From Octopus vulgaris (lineage: Eukaryota): DNA of 64,000 nucleotides. The stretch lies in assembly GCA_951406725.2 (NCBI GenBank), contig OX597826.1, positions 29,636,001 to 29,700,000 of the forward strand. The letters run 5' to 3'. The position numbers were made by a program, and so were the translations under genes. The notes under the pieces are model-generated. The model was given only the letters and a program-made list of their open reading frames with translations, ran no database searches and had not been told where the DNA came from. Positions 51,101 through 64,000 of the stretch are shown here, in pieces (the first letter of the stretch is position 1; every line of letters begins with the position of its first letter).

Positions 51101-53321
51101 TATGTAAATAATAATTTTGTTTTTCTTTTAGTCCAATATTTAGAGGATCCATTGCAATACTCTTATTACTCTAGGTACTCCCATGACTACATTATCCAAC
51201 GTGGCATGAAACGTTGGGGACATATCGGCCGATGATTTTCAAACCATTTAGCATATAGACATATTCGGTGATATAGCTTGCAGCAGGCCTTGTTCGGTAC
51301 GCGGCATTGAAAAGTCACAACAATGACGAAACCTCGATGTCTGTCGCTCCGTGAAGGAACCTGATGGGAGTTGTCTCGCTTGCCTATGACTTACTTTCAT
51401 GTGTTTTAAAACCAGGCACATTGAGAATATATTCTCTTACGCCTAAAACGCAGCCGACCCTCGAACTAGCGACACAAACATCCTGCGTATGTGTGTTCGA
51501 TTTTGTTTATTATCCAACGTGTTTTTGTCTTTACCTTTTTGAAAAGACAATAAGGTGTGGTTTGAAGGATATTTGGTTAGTATTTCTAGCTTGGTGACTG
51601 GTGGCATAGAGGTTTCCGTGTCGATCATGGTGTTGCTGGTGGTGCTATTTAACCCCAGGTCAGCCATAATCAAGCAGACTTATGATAAACGGCATTTCTG
51701 TCATAACTATTCCGACTTATAGTTTCTGATATAGTATACCTAAGACTACATTATCTAATGTCTCCTACCTTTTTTTTTTTTAAGAAGGCAGTATATAACT
51801 AGGGACACAGCTGTCCTCTATTTCTAGCACTTGGAGCGACCACGAAGTGGGCTCCTTGTTAGATCTTTGTTGCCACGTCAGCTCGCTCGTCCCCTCTGAA
51901 CGAACAAATATATGATACAATCAAAAGCGTTTCAGTTATGACCATCACGCTTTTTTTCCAGGCTATATTATCCAATGTGTCCTTTTTTTCTTCTTAAAAC
52001 TGTTGAGTGTGATTAGGGAAAGATTTGAATTGTCTAAAATGATCCCAAACGCAGGCCCGTCTCCAGACTTGGGTGCCTGGGGATGCTTCAGAATGTTCTG
52101 GGTTGGCACTAATTTGTATAGCAGGAAAATCTTTGTGAACTGTATTTTCTAAATCTGAGGGCCCACCATTGAACAGTGAGGGGTCATTGCCGTCTAGTGC
52201 CTCCCACACCACACACACACACACCTTAGCGACGGGCATACATAAATGGACGAATTTACAAGGTAGAGGATCGGGGAACCAGTCTTGGTAGTGGGGGGTG
52301 AGGTTCCCATTTTGGCATTCTGAATCAAGGAACATAGTGTCCGAATATAGCCTCCTCCTCTTCATTTTGCATCCACTTTTCCATACTTGCACGGATCAGA
52401 CAGAATTTGTTGACACATATTTTCTACGACCGGAGACCCTTCTTTTAGTCAGCCTGATCTGTTTCCAATTAAGGAAATATTTTCCCTCGGTCAGGCATAT
52501 TTTCACGGAAGACTGGAAGCGAAGAATACCGCTTGTATAACGGTAACACTCGCTTACAACTATCACACGATGTCGAGACAAGGACACAGACACGGTGGTA
52601 TTATTTCAGCACATCCTCAACCAAATCTACTCACAAGAATTTGATCGGGCCAGGGTTATAGAAGAAAACATTTGCCCAAAGTTCCAAAAACGGCTGAATC
52701 CGAAACCACGTAGTTAGAAGTAAACTTCTTAACCATATATCCATTCCCCCCTGCATACACACACACACACAGAACAATCTTCCGCAAGAAGTAGTGGCAG
52801 CGATGAAAAATTAACGAGAAACACTTACAAGAAGATACAATCATTAAGCAGTGTGTGTGTGTGTGTTTGTGTGTGTGGAGATGTTGGTGCAAGTGTAGAA
52901 TATACAGAGACTAATTTAGTGCTGGGCAGATCGAATTCTTAAATACCAATTTCTTATTCAGGGTAAAGTATTCCTGAAATAAATGAGTTAGCTGGAAGCA
53001 AGACAAAGATTGAGCGTATGTCCAAGAAGAAAGATGGACAAGCAATTATCGGTGTAAGGAAATAATTTATATGAGATGTTACATATAATCTAGGCACATC
53101 AATACGTCTGGCGCCAGAAATGGCTAGGTACGATTACAGAATTCACACTGAGGTAAACAACAATTAAGTTATCCCGTGTTTGTATGTAGGATACTGAAGA
53201 TACGTAAGTTCCAAACCGAATACAAACTGTAGGTCCGACTCTGGGGTCGGTTCCAGCTGCGACATAAGTATATAAAAAAAGAGAACAACGGTCGCAAAAT
53301 TTAAACGTTATTTGTGTTTTT

Positions 53322-53386
<65 letters not shown>

Positions 53387-53464
53387 AACACATACACACA
53401 CATATATACATCTATAGATATATATAATTTCAATACGGAGCAAATAATTCACGAGAAAAACATA

Positions 53465-53856
53465 GTGGCTGTGTGGTAAGTAGCTTGCTTACCAACTAAA
53501 TGGTTCCAGGTTCAGTCCCACTGCGTGGCACCTTGGGCAAGTGTCTTCTACTATAGCCTCGGGTCGACCAAAGCCTTGTGAGTGGATTTGGTAGACGGAA
53601 ACTGAAAGAACCCCGTCGTATGTATATATATATATATATATGTGTGTATATGTTTGTGTGTCTGTGTTTGTCCCCCCACCATTGCTTGACAACCGATGCT
53701 GGTGTGTTTACGTCTCCGTAACTTAGTGGTTCGGCAAAAGTGACCGATAGAATAAGTACTAGGCTTACAAAGAATAAGTCTTGGGGTCGATTTGCTCGAC
53801 TAAAGGCGGTGCTCCAGCATGGCCACAGTCAAATGACTGAAACAAGTAAAAGAGTA
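53465..53856 (+). mobile_element. SINE family A
   Basis: Near-full copy; TAATTCACGA-AAAA repeated on both sides. Confidence 0.85.
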
Positions 53857-53977
53857 ATTCACGAAAAATAATCTGCGAAGATTGACTATCTTATTATCTA
53901 GTGTAACAATTAAAAAATGATGATAACAGAATAATATAGGCGATTGCAGGCCCCCAAAAGCATTAAATAGCCGAAGG

Positions 53978-54169
53978 ATTAAAATTAATCAAAGGATATA
54001 CTAAGAATGTCTATCTGCTGGAAATAACAGTCAAAACTCTTATGTAAATCGCCAAAATACATTGATAATAACTACACGGACGGTTGATTTCTGTAATTAT
54101 TATCAGTGTATTTTGGTTGTTATTTCCAGCAGGTAGACATACTTAGTATATCCTTTGATTAATTTTAAT
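53978..54169. repeat. Imperfect inverted repeat
   Basis: ATTAAAATTAATCAAAGGATATACTAAG... / ...CTTAGTATATCCTTTGATTAATTTTAAT. Confidence 0.88.
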
Positions 54170-54176
54170 ATATATA

Positions 54177-54446
54177 TTACATTATTTACATTCGACGGAT
54201 ATTTGTCCTCATCTTGTTTGTTGTTAACAAAACGTTTCGGTTGATATACCCTCCAGCCTTCATCAGGTGTCCTGGGGGAATTTTCGAACCTGGGTTCTCA
54301 TTCCTAAGGTATTTTTCGATATTAATATTATTATTATTATTAGTGTTCAGGTCACTGCTTGGAATCGAACTCGGAATCTTGGGGTTAGTAGCCCGCGCTC
54401 TTAACCACTACGCCATATGCCCACGGGCATATGGCGTAGTAGTTAA
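54177..54446 (-). mobile_element. tRNA-derived SINE-like element with hammerhead tail and inverted 5' end
   Basis: Head GGGCATATGGCGTAGTGGTTAAGAGCGCGGGCTACTAACCCCAAGATTCCGAGTTCGATTCC (A and B boxes); (TAA)n linker; HHR; 22-nt inverted copy of the head at 54425-54446. Confidence 0.65.
54226..54271 (-). ncRNA. Minimal hammerhead motif inside a tRNA-headed element
   Basis: GACAC-CUGAUGA-A-GGCUG...CAACC-GAAA-CG-UU-UUGUU; palindromic AACGUU; one mismatch each in stems I and II. Confidence 0.6.
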
Positions 54447-55679
54447 ATATAGAACTGTATATATATATATATATATGTTAGTTTCGCCTGTGGGTGAACA
54501 GAGCCTCCAGGCAAATTAATACTTGTCTTCCATAACTTACCTGAAGACCGTGTGTTTCCACTGGCGAGTCTCAGAATAGCAAAGACTGGCTCGACCAAAA
54601 TGATATTATTAATCTCTTCTATGGTATTGAATTTTTTTTTTTTTGCGTCAGTTGACATTAAATTTGTGTGTATGTGTGTTATGCTGTTTCATGGAAAGCA
54701 GGATCTTTATTTCATTAACGGTCCCTGAAGCTACTATGACCTTCATTGTTAGAGGAGCAAAAAAAAAAAAAAAAGAAACAAAAACAATTTCCTGTTTGGA
54801 CAGAACCAAATGTTTATATTTCGTCTAATGGGAACCACCAAACCCAAAATAGAGCAAGTCCTTGCGCTAATAATTATACTATTTAACAAAGGAAAAAAAA
54901 ACACACGAGAACATTACAATAAATCTTAATGAAGAATATATTTGCACGCAAAACTTAAAATGATTGAGACGAAGAAAAAAATATAGAAATAACGATAGTT
55001 ACGAAACAATGCTATAGAAAATAGTAATTTAATTATTTATTACGAGACACTGATTTCTATAGCTATATACTTTTTTTAATCAAGAAGTTTATCATTGTCC
55101 CATTTTCAGAGTTGAACGGATATATACCCACTCACCCACCCACCATGTACCCACTCACACACGCAATATTCATACACACCACTATCCTACGTGTCTCCCT
55201 CAGTATTATTGGCGATGTGAATGACGGAACGATGGGTAGCAATCTGGAACTGAAACCAAGCAGAAGGAAAACGCGGCTCATCAGGAAATAAATTGTGGCT
55301 TAGTGGTTAGGGTGTTGGACTCGTGATCGTAATGCTGTGGGTTCAATTCCTAGCCAAGGCGATGCTTTGTCTTCTTGAGCAAGACACTTCATTTCACGTT
55401 GCTCCAGGCGTTCCATCCAGATGGGGAAATATATACGCCAGAGAATCCGAGAAACCAGCTTTATGAGTCTGGCGAAGGAGCTAGGGGACAACTCAATGAT
55501 CAACAATAAGTAAATTTTTTGGTTTCAAAATCGATTCGAACCATCGACTGAACCCCCACACAGTCGATCGAGCTACAAGCAATAGCAGCGCAGTCTCTCT
55601 CAAATTCTACCCCATCACCCGAGAAAGAAAGTACATATTAGGATAGCCTTGTATTAGTAATATTTCTAACCTCTAACTC

Positions 55680-55680
<1 letters not shown>

Positions 55681-55755
<75 letters not shown>
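55681..55755. repeat. (TA)n microsatellite
   Basis: Direct reading. Confidence 0.95.
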
Positions 55756-55757
<2 letters not shown>

Positions 55758-55904
55758 GAGGAATAGCCACCAAGGTGGATTCCTAATATGTTAGAAGACG
55801 CCAAATAGTCTTACCATAAAGAATATGTTCTCATATTCTTTGTTGTAAGACGATTTGGCGTCTTCTTCTAGCGTATTAGGAATCCATCTTGGTGGCTATT
55901 CTTC
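55758..55904. repeat. Imperfect inverted repeat, 4-nt loop
   Basis: GAATAGCCACCAAG...AAAGAATATG ttct CATATTCTTT...CTTGGTGGCTATTC. Confidence 0.88.
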
Positions 55905-55913
55905 TTATTTATA

Positions 55914-56299
55914 TACTAGCAGTATCGCCCGGCGTTGCTCAGGTTTGTAAGGGAAATAACTATAAAGCATTTTTAGAGAGTTATAGCCAAAAAACAGCAA
56001 AAAGATGGAAAAAAATTATGGTAAATTTTTTTTTTAGTTAAAAAAGGTGGAGTTGCGTCCCCTAGACAGTTTGCGGTTTGTGTTTCTGATTCTCGACCCC
56101 ATGTCAAATTTATCGATTTTTTTCAGAACTGGGGGAACTTTTCAAAATTTTCGCTGCGTTAGTTTTGAATTATGACATTGGGCTATGTGTGTGTCAAGTT
56201 TCATCAGAATCGGTTGAAAGCCGTGGTCAGGGTGAGGGTACAACCTGACAGACACACAGAAACACGCACAGACAAACTGCCGTTTATATAGAGAGAGAT
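55914..56299. mobile_element. Helitron/Helentron-type non-autonomous element
   Basis: ATACTAGCAGTATCGCCCGGCGTTGCTC start; (GACA)-like repeats then TTTATATAGAGAGAT-type end. Confidence 0.55.
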
Positions 56300-56398
56300 G
56301 TAATATAATTCATAGTCTTCGGACATCTTTTTTTAAGTGTGCTAGGCCACTGGTTTAAATTGATATTAATTAATATTAATTTCTATCCTCATTATTTA

Positions 56399-56458
<60 letters not shown>

Positions 56459-58491
56459 AACTCTTATCCGTTTGCTTTGGCCTATATTATAAATAAGGTT
56501 GTATTTCAGAATAATCGTCCCTATTCGACCTGCGAGATCTCGTCTTTTAGTTCAGTGTGTACTGCAAAGTCAAGTGGATCCGAAACATCTCTGTTTTGAT
56601 GTCTCAAATCAAAGAAAGAACGCTTCTAAGTAATCACTTAAACAGCCAGAAACAGCAACTTCAACAACAAATGCAACAACAACAAGATAGACAATACCAT
56701 GGCCTTCTGCTGCACGGCGTTCCCCAACCCTTCTTCTCTATGCAGTCTATTAGTAATTGAGTTGTGTAACTCGTATTAATTGCAATAGTTAATAGTTTAA
56801 TTAATCTAATTAAAAACTTTCAACGAAAGTTCGTTCATGTTTCTTGTGCTTGTCATTGTTTTTCTCTCATCTCTTCGGAATCATAGACATTAGTCGCCAA
56901 ACAACTATTTCTACTGGTCCAGCATCACAGGATTGAATAAGAACGTCTCTGAAGAATATTCTGTCTAAATACAGACTTTATTAAATCTTTGATGGATTAA
57001 AATATGCCGTGTTACGTGTTGAAGCAGACAGAGTGAAATGAAGACAACTTTCTAGAGACAATACTGGAATATTGCAAAGAAGATGGACGCAGGTGTGAGC
57101 GAATGGTTAAGAGGTTCGCTTCGGGACGCAGGTGTGAGCGAATGGTTAAGAGGTCGCAGGTCTGATTTCAATGCATAGCATCTTGAGCAAGTGTCTCTTT
57201 ATCACAGCTATGGGTCATCTCAAGCCTTATCAATGGAACTGGGGAGATTAAAACTGTAATGAAGTATCTCAGATGTTGTATTTGAAAGAGCTAAGCCTTG
57301 TAACGATTTGGCCTTGAGGATTAAGCTAAGTGCACAAATACAAAATACTCAGCCACTTACATGAGCTCGCAGCTCAGTTAATTGAGCAGGAAAACTCAAT
57401 GCCGACACATCACACTGGATTTATGCTTGTCCACTGAATCGATAGCATCTTTTCCGGCATTTGTTCGAACTTTGATGACCGCCCATCCCAAACTCTTGGT
57501 GTACAGCTTTCTGCATAGAGAGGACAGATATTACTCTGCATGTGTATCTCTCCCCCCTCCTTTATAGAACTAAGTGTGTTTCACCTCTATAACATCAATC
57601 TTCCTCCAAATGAGCGACCACCACACCGAACAATAGATGGTGATGTCTGCAACTTTTGAAGGTTTCATGTTGTTCCCCTTCAGAAAGGCCTAAGCTAGCA
57701 TTTGAACAGCTTCTTTGATCCTCCAGCCAGGTATTTTCCATCGTATAACTGGTCGTTCATTAGTATACTCACCATTGTGGATCAGACGTGCATACAACAT
57801 GTCTGCACTGTTACAGTTGATGCTTGTATCTTTATCGATTTATCCTCTGGCTGATCTTGCTTGAACATTTTTAATCTGCATATGCCATCCATCTCGGTTC
57901 TGCATTAGTTGAAGGGATGTTTTCGGGGAGGCATCCAGTGTCTCCGGTGAGACACTTTTATGAACTATGGTCTGGAAAACCCGTCTGTTTGACTGACACT
58001 GCAATCGTGATTAGAACCTGCGACCATGGACGAGAAATTAACAATCGAAAGACATTCCATTATCGATTCAAGGCTGCTGATATTGGTTCGATAGTAGATT
58101 TCTGTGAATGTTATCCTATCCCAACGTTTAACCAAAATGGATATTCTAGAAACTGGTGGCTGTATGTGGACGACGTCTAGCTTCCAGGTGGAAACACAGA
58201 CTGTATCTGTGGCCAATTAGCTAAGTCATTAAAGTGTAGAGCATGTTTCGCGGTAGTCTTTCTCATTATCAAGCTAAAGTCAAATTTGCCTTTTATTCTT
58301 TCGGGGTTGGTAAATAACGTACAAGTCATGTACTGGGATCGCTTACTCTCATTTTCTAACACTTTCGTACTTTTTTATGTTTGTCTTTCTGAAAGAAATC
58401 GATGATGGGTAGATCTGGAGTGAATGGGCTCTGCCAAGCCTAAAAAGATACTCAAGACGGCACTTCTGCAACTCTATCAAACAGTTGAAGG

Positions 58492-58526
<35 letters not shown>

Positions 58527-58693
58527 TAGGTAGGTAGGTAGGTAGGTAGGTAGGTAGGTCGGTATGTATGTATGTATGTGTCTGCACGTGTGTAAAATAT
58601 GTATGTATGTATGTATGCACGTATGTCTGCATGCACGTATGTCTGTATGTATGCATGCACGTACGTACGGACGTATGTACGTATGTATGTATG

Positions 58694-59106
58694 CAGTGGC
58701 AGACTGCGTCTAAAAATATTGGTTGCCAGGAGACTAAAGGGGCCTGCCCGCAACTACAATGGGGTCCACACGCAACTACAAGGGGGCCCACCCACAACAA
58801 CAATGCTATCTAATTTTTTTTTGTTAAAAGTATTCTTTTCAACTATCTACAAACATAGCCAAGCTGAAATAATTAATGTATTCTTCCAGGAGTGAGTAAA
58901 AAATTATCAAACCTGAGGGGATACACCAATACATATATGTATAAATACAGACATACACACATATAACACCATTCTATAGGATAACTTGTCTGACTAACTT
59001 ATCTTTTATCCTCTACTCGTTTCAGATATTGGGTCGCGGGTTATTCTAGTGGCGCAGGGGCCCACATGCCATCGGGCAAGCTGGCAACCTGGCCAGTCCG
59101 CCACTG
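58694..59106. mobile_element. MITE with CAGTGGCrGACTG TIRs
   Basis: CAGTGGCAGACTG ... CAGTCCGCCACTG; contains a copy of 60084-60210. Confidence 0.6.
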
Positions 59107-59980
59107 TGTGTGTGTATCTATAATTCAATAGGTATCTCGTACAAAACAAATGGATTTTGGTTCACCATAGTCACATATGTTATTTTAACCAATCAGTAAT
59201 TAAGAACTTTGGTCCAGCGTATATTTTACCAAATCAGAATCCTATAGTCAGTGAAAACTTGCTTTGACACTCAAAGAAAAATAAACACATACACACACAA
59301 AAGAAAATATACTGCACAAACACCTTTCGCTCTCTTTTGGGTCAATCATTTGACACCAGACAAGTCGCCGTCTTCTGCTGTTGATAGTTAAAGCTAAGTT
59401 GTCTTAATCATCCTCTTCTCTTTCTCATTCGGTTAGTGGTCAGCATCGGTTATCTTAATCACGAAGTACTTTAATCTGAACGAGAAATCACTTAGAAACA
59501 CTTCTGCCAATTTAGTAACACGCAAGTTATTTTCATTGAGTCACCGCTGCTGTCAATTATCTTATAGTACACCTTTTGACTCTTCAACACACAAGATTTC
59601 TCTTGACACGAACATTTGCAACATACATTATTCAAATGATTTTCTAAATTACAAACACACACACAAAATATACTCAAATATACACATAAAATATACACAC
59701 ATAAAATATACATGCAAACATATATATAAACATATACACGCACACACATATATATATATATAAACATACACACACACATATATATATATATAAACATACA
59801 TGCATATCCACACATGCATACAAATATACATACTTATCCACACACGCATACAAGTAAATACATATACACAGACGCATGAAGACACACACACATATACACA
59901 CACATACACACCTGCAAATATACACACACGCAGTAAGCCTGCATGTATGCACCAATACATATATACAGACGCATAGATAC

Positions 59981-60012
<32 letters not shown>

Positions 60013-61914
60013 ATACATCTATGCAGACGCATGCAAATACACACACACATGCATATTTGCACACACGCAACATGCCTGCATGTATACACCAATACATATA
60101 TGCATAAATACAGACATACACACATATAACACCATTCTATAGCATAACTTGTCTGACTAACTTATCTTTTATCCTCTACTCGTTTCAGATATTGGGTCGC
60201 GAGTTATTCTGGAGCACCGCCTTAAAGAGATCGGTTTCTTATTGCCGAACAGCTAAGTTACGGGGACGTAAACAAACCAGCACCGGTTATCAAGCGGCAG
60301 TAGAGAAGAAACACAAAGAAATACACACACACGAGTTTTATTTTTCAGTTTTCGTCAGCCAAATCCCGCCACCCCCGCCCCCAAAACAAATCTCAATTCC
60401 CATCTAGTTTTTTTCTGGCAAAAATCCACAATTTGGAGAAGTTGGACGAAACACTTTCAATTACTTCAAGACAAAGCAACAACAGTTTCTAATTTAGATA
60501 TAAGGATGGCAACTTTGAGATGGGTGTTTAGTCGATAGCATTTATCGCTATACTGCATTGGTACTTTATTTTATCGACTCCGGTAGACGAAACGCAAAGT
60601 TAGCTCCGGGCTGGATATTTCATCTGGAAAAAACCCCCAAAAAACTCAACAACTGTTGCTCGATGAATGCTCATCAGGCACTGTTCAGATAAATGTTTAT
60701 CTGCTATTATTGACCTCAGCCATATATTTCCCCCCTTCTTATAGCGTAGAAGGTCCTCAACCTTATTACAGGTAATATCAATAAAACACAGATTGGCAGT
60801 TAAACAGGAAGTCTAAACAGTATGTTTGAACAAGTCCTTTTGTCCGTCTTCGCATCCATCAAATTTTTATTCCTTTCCTGACCAGAAAGTAAACCAGACG
60901 ATTGATTCAGCGCCTAAGTTTTCTATTTCGTGTAGTTGAACGATTTTTACAATCTGTTTCATTAATTCTTCCTTTGTGAGCTTCGCCATTTGCAGTGGAT
61001 GAAGGGAAAAAATATTAAAAGTGTGTATATATTTAGTATTAAATTGGTTTTTCAATAATGTTGTATTGGAGTGGAAATCTAGCATACAGATTGATCTTCG
61101 AAACTATTTTCTTCTTGATGGACCACTAACTTCAGAAAGAATTTCGGTTGGCTGCACTGTCTGGGAAGGATTAGCTTAAACATCATTTTGCTTACAGTTT
61201 TTGGACTTCTGAAAAAAGTTTCATTAATTTGTTTGGTTTGTTCATCGATATATATTGTCTGTGACCATTGAACATAACTAAGGCTTGTGTATAACACTTA
61301 TGTAAGATGGCACCATTGACGATGATGGCTTGTGTTACAAATTCCACTGGTGCTGAATGGACTTAAAAAACAAATAACACGAGAAAAGTTGTTGTACATG
61401 AAACGTGTAAGAGACGTTTCGGCACAGCCGTTTTGGCGTCGCTTATTTAACGCTGACTTGAGATCAACCGTTTTAATGCTTCTTTCGTTCCCTACCATCT
61501 CCTCCCTCTCTCCCCTCCCTCTCTCCTCCTCCCCTCTCTATTTATGTATTTCTCTAAGTGTATGAGGAGAGGAAAAATATTTATGACAATCTTATTCAAA
61601 TAATAAAGTGCATTGATTCTCTCTCCTTATCTCTCACACTCATTCTATTTGTATACGTTTATTTCTATACGCGGGTGCATGTGCGTGTGTTTACCTCCAG
61701 TGCCAAAAAGCACTCTCTTTAAAACGGCTGAATGCCCAGTCTGTCGTACCAAATCGATAGTATCCAAACACTTGCGCCCAATCATCACATTCCAACATAA
61801 AACATCATCTAACTAATTATGTTCTTGAAGGGCTTCGCCTGAAGCTGTAATGTTCAGAATGTATAAATGATCAAAACTAAATTTTCGAAGTTAACCACGA
61901 CTTAAATTTTTATA

Positions 61915-62480
61915 TTGGGTTGTCCGGAAAGTTCGTGCCGATTTTTAAAGGAAAGAAAATGGTCAATAAATACTTGTCATTACATTTTTAATCAACCAAA
62001 TATAAACCATTTTATTGCACGATGCGTCTCCATCTTTCCTTTAACTTGAAAATACCCTCTTCCCAGAATTGAGGTGGTTTCATGGCAAAGAATTCATCAA
62101 GGTATCTTTTTCCATCATCCAAGGAATTGAAACTTTTACCATTAAGACTATTCTGCAGAGACTTGAGTAAGTGGAAATCCGAAGGAGCAATATCTGGTGA
62201 ATAATGAGGGTGGGGTAACACATCTCAGCCGAGCTGCAGCAATTTTTGTGTAGTTCTCAATGCATCAAGTGCCGAAAATGAACTTTCTTATCTTCCATTT
62301 TAAAGGGTTACAGAATTAACACGGGTTATAGGAACATAAACCTTCTTCCACGAAAAGATAGCTTAAGCTGTGCTCTAAATGGAGGTGTAGACAAATCCTA
62401 TTTTATGAACTCAACCATGTTCTAAAATAAGTCGAAAGGTAAGCTACTATAAATCGGCACGAACTTTCCGGACAACCCAA
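61915..62480 (-). mobile_element. Internally deleted mariner with perfect TIRs
   Basis: TTGGGTTGTCCGGAAAGTTCGTGCCGATTT inverted at both ends; TA TSD; LPHPHYSPDIAPSDFHL. Confidence 0.92.
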
Positions 62481-62499
62481 TATATTTTGAGCAGCAACA

Positions 62500-62880
62500 T
62501 GTTCTTTAAAGCAATGGCATGTTTGGAACAAGACTATTTTTTTGTAAACTCGCACAGATAAAAGAATTCATGAGAGATTTGACAGAGCCTATAGAATTGT
62601 ATATATTAGAAAGAAAGAAAAAAAGGTTATTCAGAACAAAATTTTGTTTATGGAGAACACAATGAAGAAACGCAGTTTTTGGATGTTTGGCCTGTTTTTG
62701 AACTCGAATGCTTTCTTCCTTTCTTGCCAGTGAAGGGCAGCTGTCTTTAGTCATGTAGTTTGTCCAGGTTTAAGCCAAATCGCGTGAAGTGCTCAATGAT
62801 TGCTTTAGTAAAAGGAAACATCGGCTTCTGACATGGAGACAGCGTGCAATTCACTTCGCTGTTGAAAAGCCGATGAATTT
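62500..62880 (-). mobile_element. hAT (Buster/SPIN-like) transposase relic
   Basis: GLNLDKL...KDSCPSLARK...FLHCVLHKQ resembles TDGAPSM...HCIIHQ; frameshifted. Confidence 0.45.
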
Positions 62881-64000
62881 CATTGCATTTGTATGTGTGT
62901 GCGCGCACACACATATTTAAACATACACGCATATATACATAGGCACTTATTTAAACACACACACAAACACAAAAATATACATACATACACACACACAAAT
63001 ATACATACATACATACATACATATACACACACACACAAATACATATAAAATACACATCTACACAAACAAGTGTGTGTGCGTGTGCACGCACATATAGTGT
63101 ATACACGCACGCGCATATATACACGTGTACATACATAAATACATACACGCGCACACATTCACGTACATATACACGCATACACTTACACGCACAAAGATAC
63201 ACAAATATACAAAACGCATTTCCAGAGACACAAAGACGTGCTTGCTATCACTTCCATTTTCGTGTCTCAAAAACTTGGAAGGAAATACTAGCATCGAAAA
63301 AAAATAAAACAGAAAATTTCTACACGAAAATATAAATTAATAAAATTGCATCTTACAAATATATATACAACGTATCTATGCAACAGAATAAAGGAATACG
63401 ACTGGAATAATGGTTTCTACTACAAAGGTTACGTGAAGAGAGAGAGAAAAAACATTAGACTTAAGAATATCTTTGATGAAAACTGAAATACTGTGTAAGG
63501 TGATAGGAAATGTTGCATGAGGAAAATTAAAACGACATCTAATGAAATACAAAAGCAAATTGTATTTTATGTGAATAAATGAATAAAATAGTCACACACA
63601 TTCATACACGAACATACATACGCATATACATATATATATATATATGTATACGTACGTATGTATGTATACATTTTCTCTGTCTGTCATATATATATATATA
63701 TATATATATATATGACAGACAGAGAAAATGTATACATACGTACGTATGTATACACACAATCTAATATGAAATGATATAATTTAACAAAATTGTATGTATG
63801 TATATGAGCGTGCGTGTGTATATATATGTTGAAATACCATTCTGTATATGCGTGTGTATGCATATATATATATATATATATACTTTTCATTCGCGTATAC
63901 ATATATAACGTTGACGGCTTCAATTTTATTGCGTATCTTTAGAATTTAGTGTAAACATCTTAGAGAACCTAGAACTTTCATACGATACAACTACTGAAAG

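Noticed and set aside
54345-54422. Functional tRNA gene
   Set aside because: Acceptor and T stems do not pair properly and it continues into element body; treated as a SINE head, as are the other tRNA-like heads.
57085-57155. Direct repeat of about 31 bp
   Set aside because: Simple slippage duplication of an old SINE head.
60867-61500. Minus-strand ORFs as exons of a second gene
   Set aside because: No recognisable domain or consistent splice sites; more likely decayed transposon sequence.

Overview
Eukaryotic, AT-rich, microsatellite- and SINE-dense DNA; the repeat families look like those of Octopus (inference from recognition, not from a search). The left half holds a + strand multi-exon NEDD4-binding protein 2 (N4BP2)-like gene. 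I reconstructed 15 coding exons (4076-34419) with GT-AG junctions and consistent phases, about 843 codons, with the 5' end apparently outside the window. Domain order is PAM2-like motif, P-loop polynucleotide kinase, acidic linker, CUE, diverged DUF1771-like helix, Smr. The right half has no convincing host gene and contains tRNA-derived SINEs, RTE-type LINE tails, mariner/Tc1/hAT/Helentron-like/Gypsy relics and microsatellites. Most notable: (i) four unrelated short element families, each with a minimal type-I hammerhead ribozyme motif and often an inverted 5' end, one of them with a tRNA-like Pol III head; (ii) a PAM2 motif and an altered Smr GxG-x-HS motif in the N4BP2-like protein; (iii) repeated fold-back inversions next to (TA)n tracts; (iv) multimeric SINEs with a fixed junction. 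Most ORFs in the supplied track are microsatellite or repeat artefacts.
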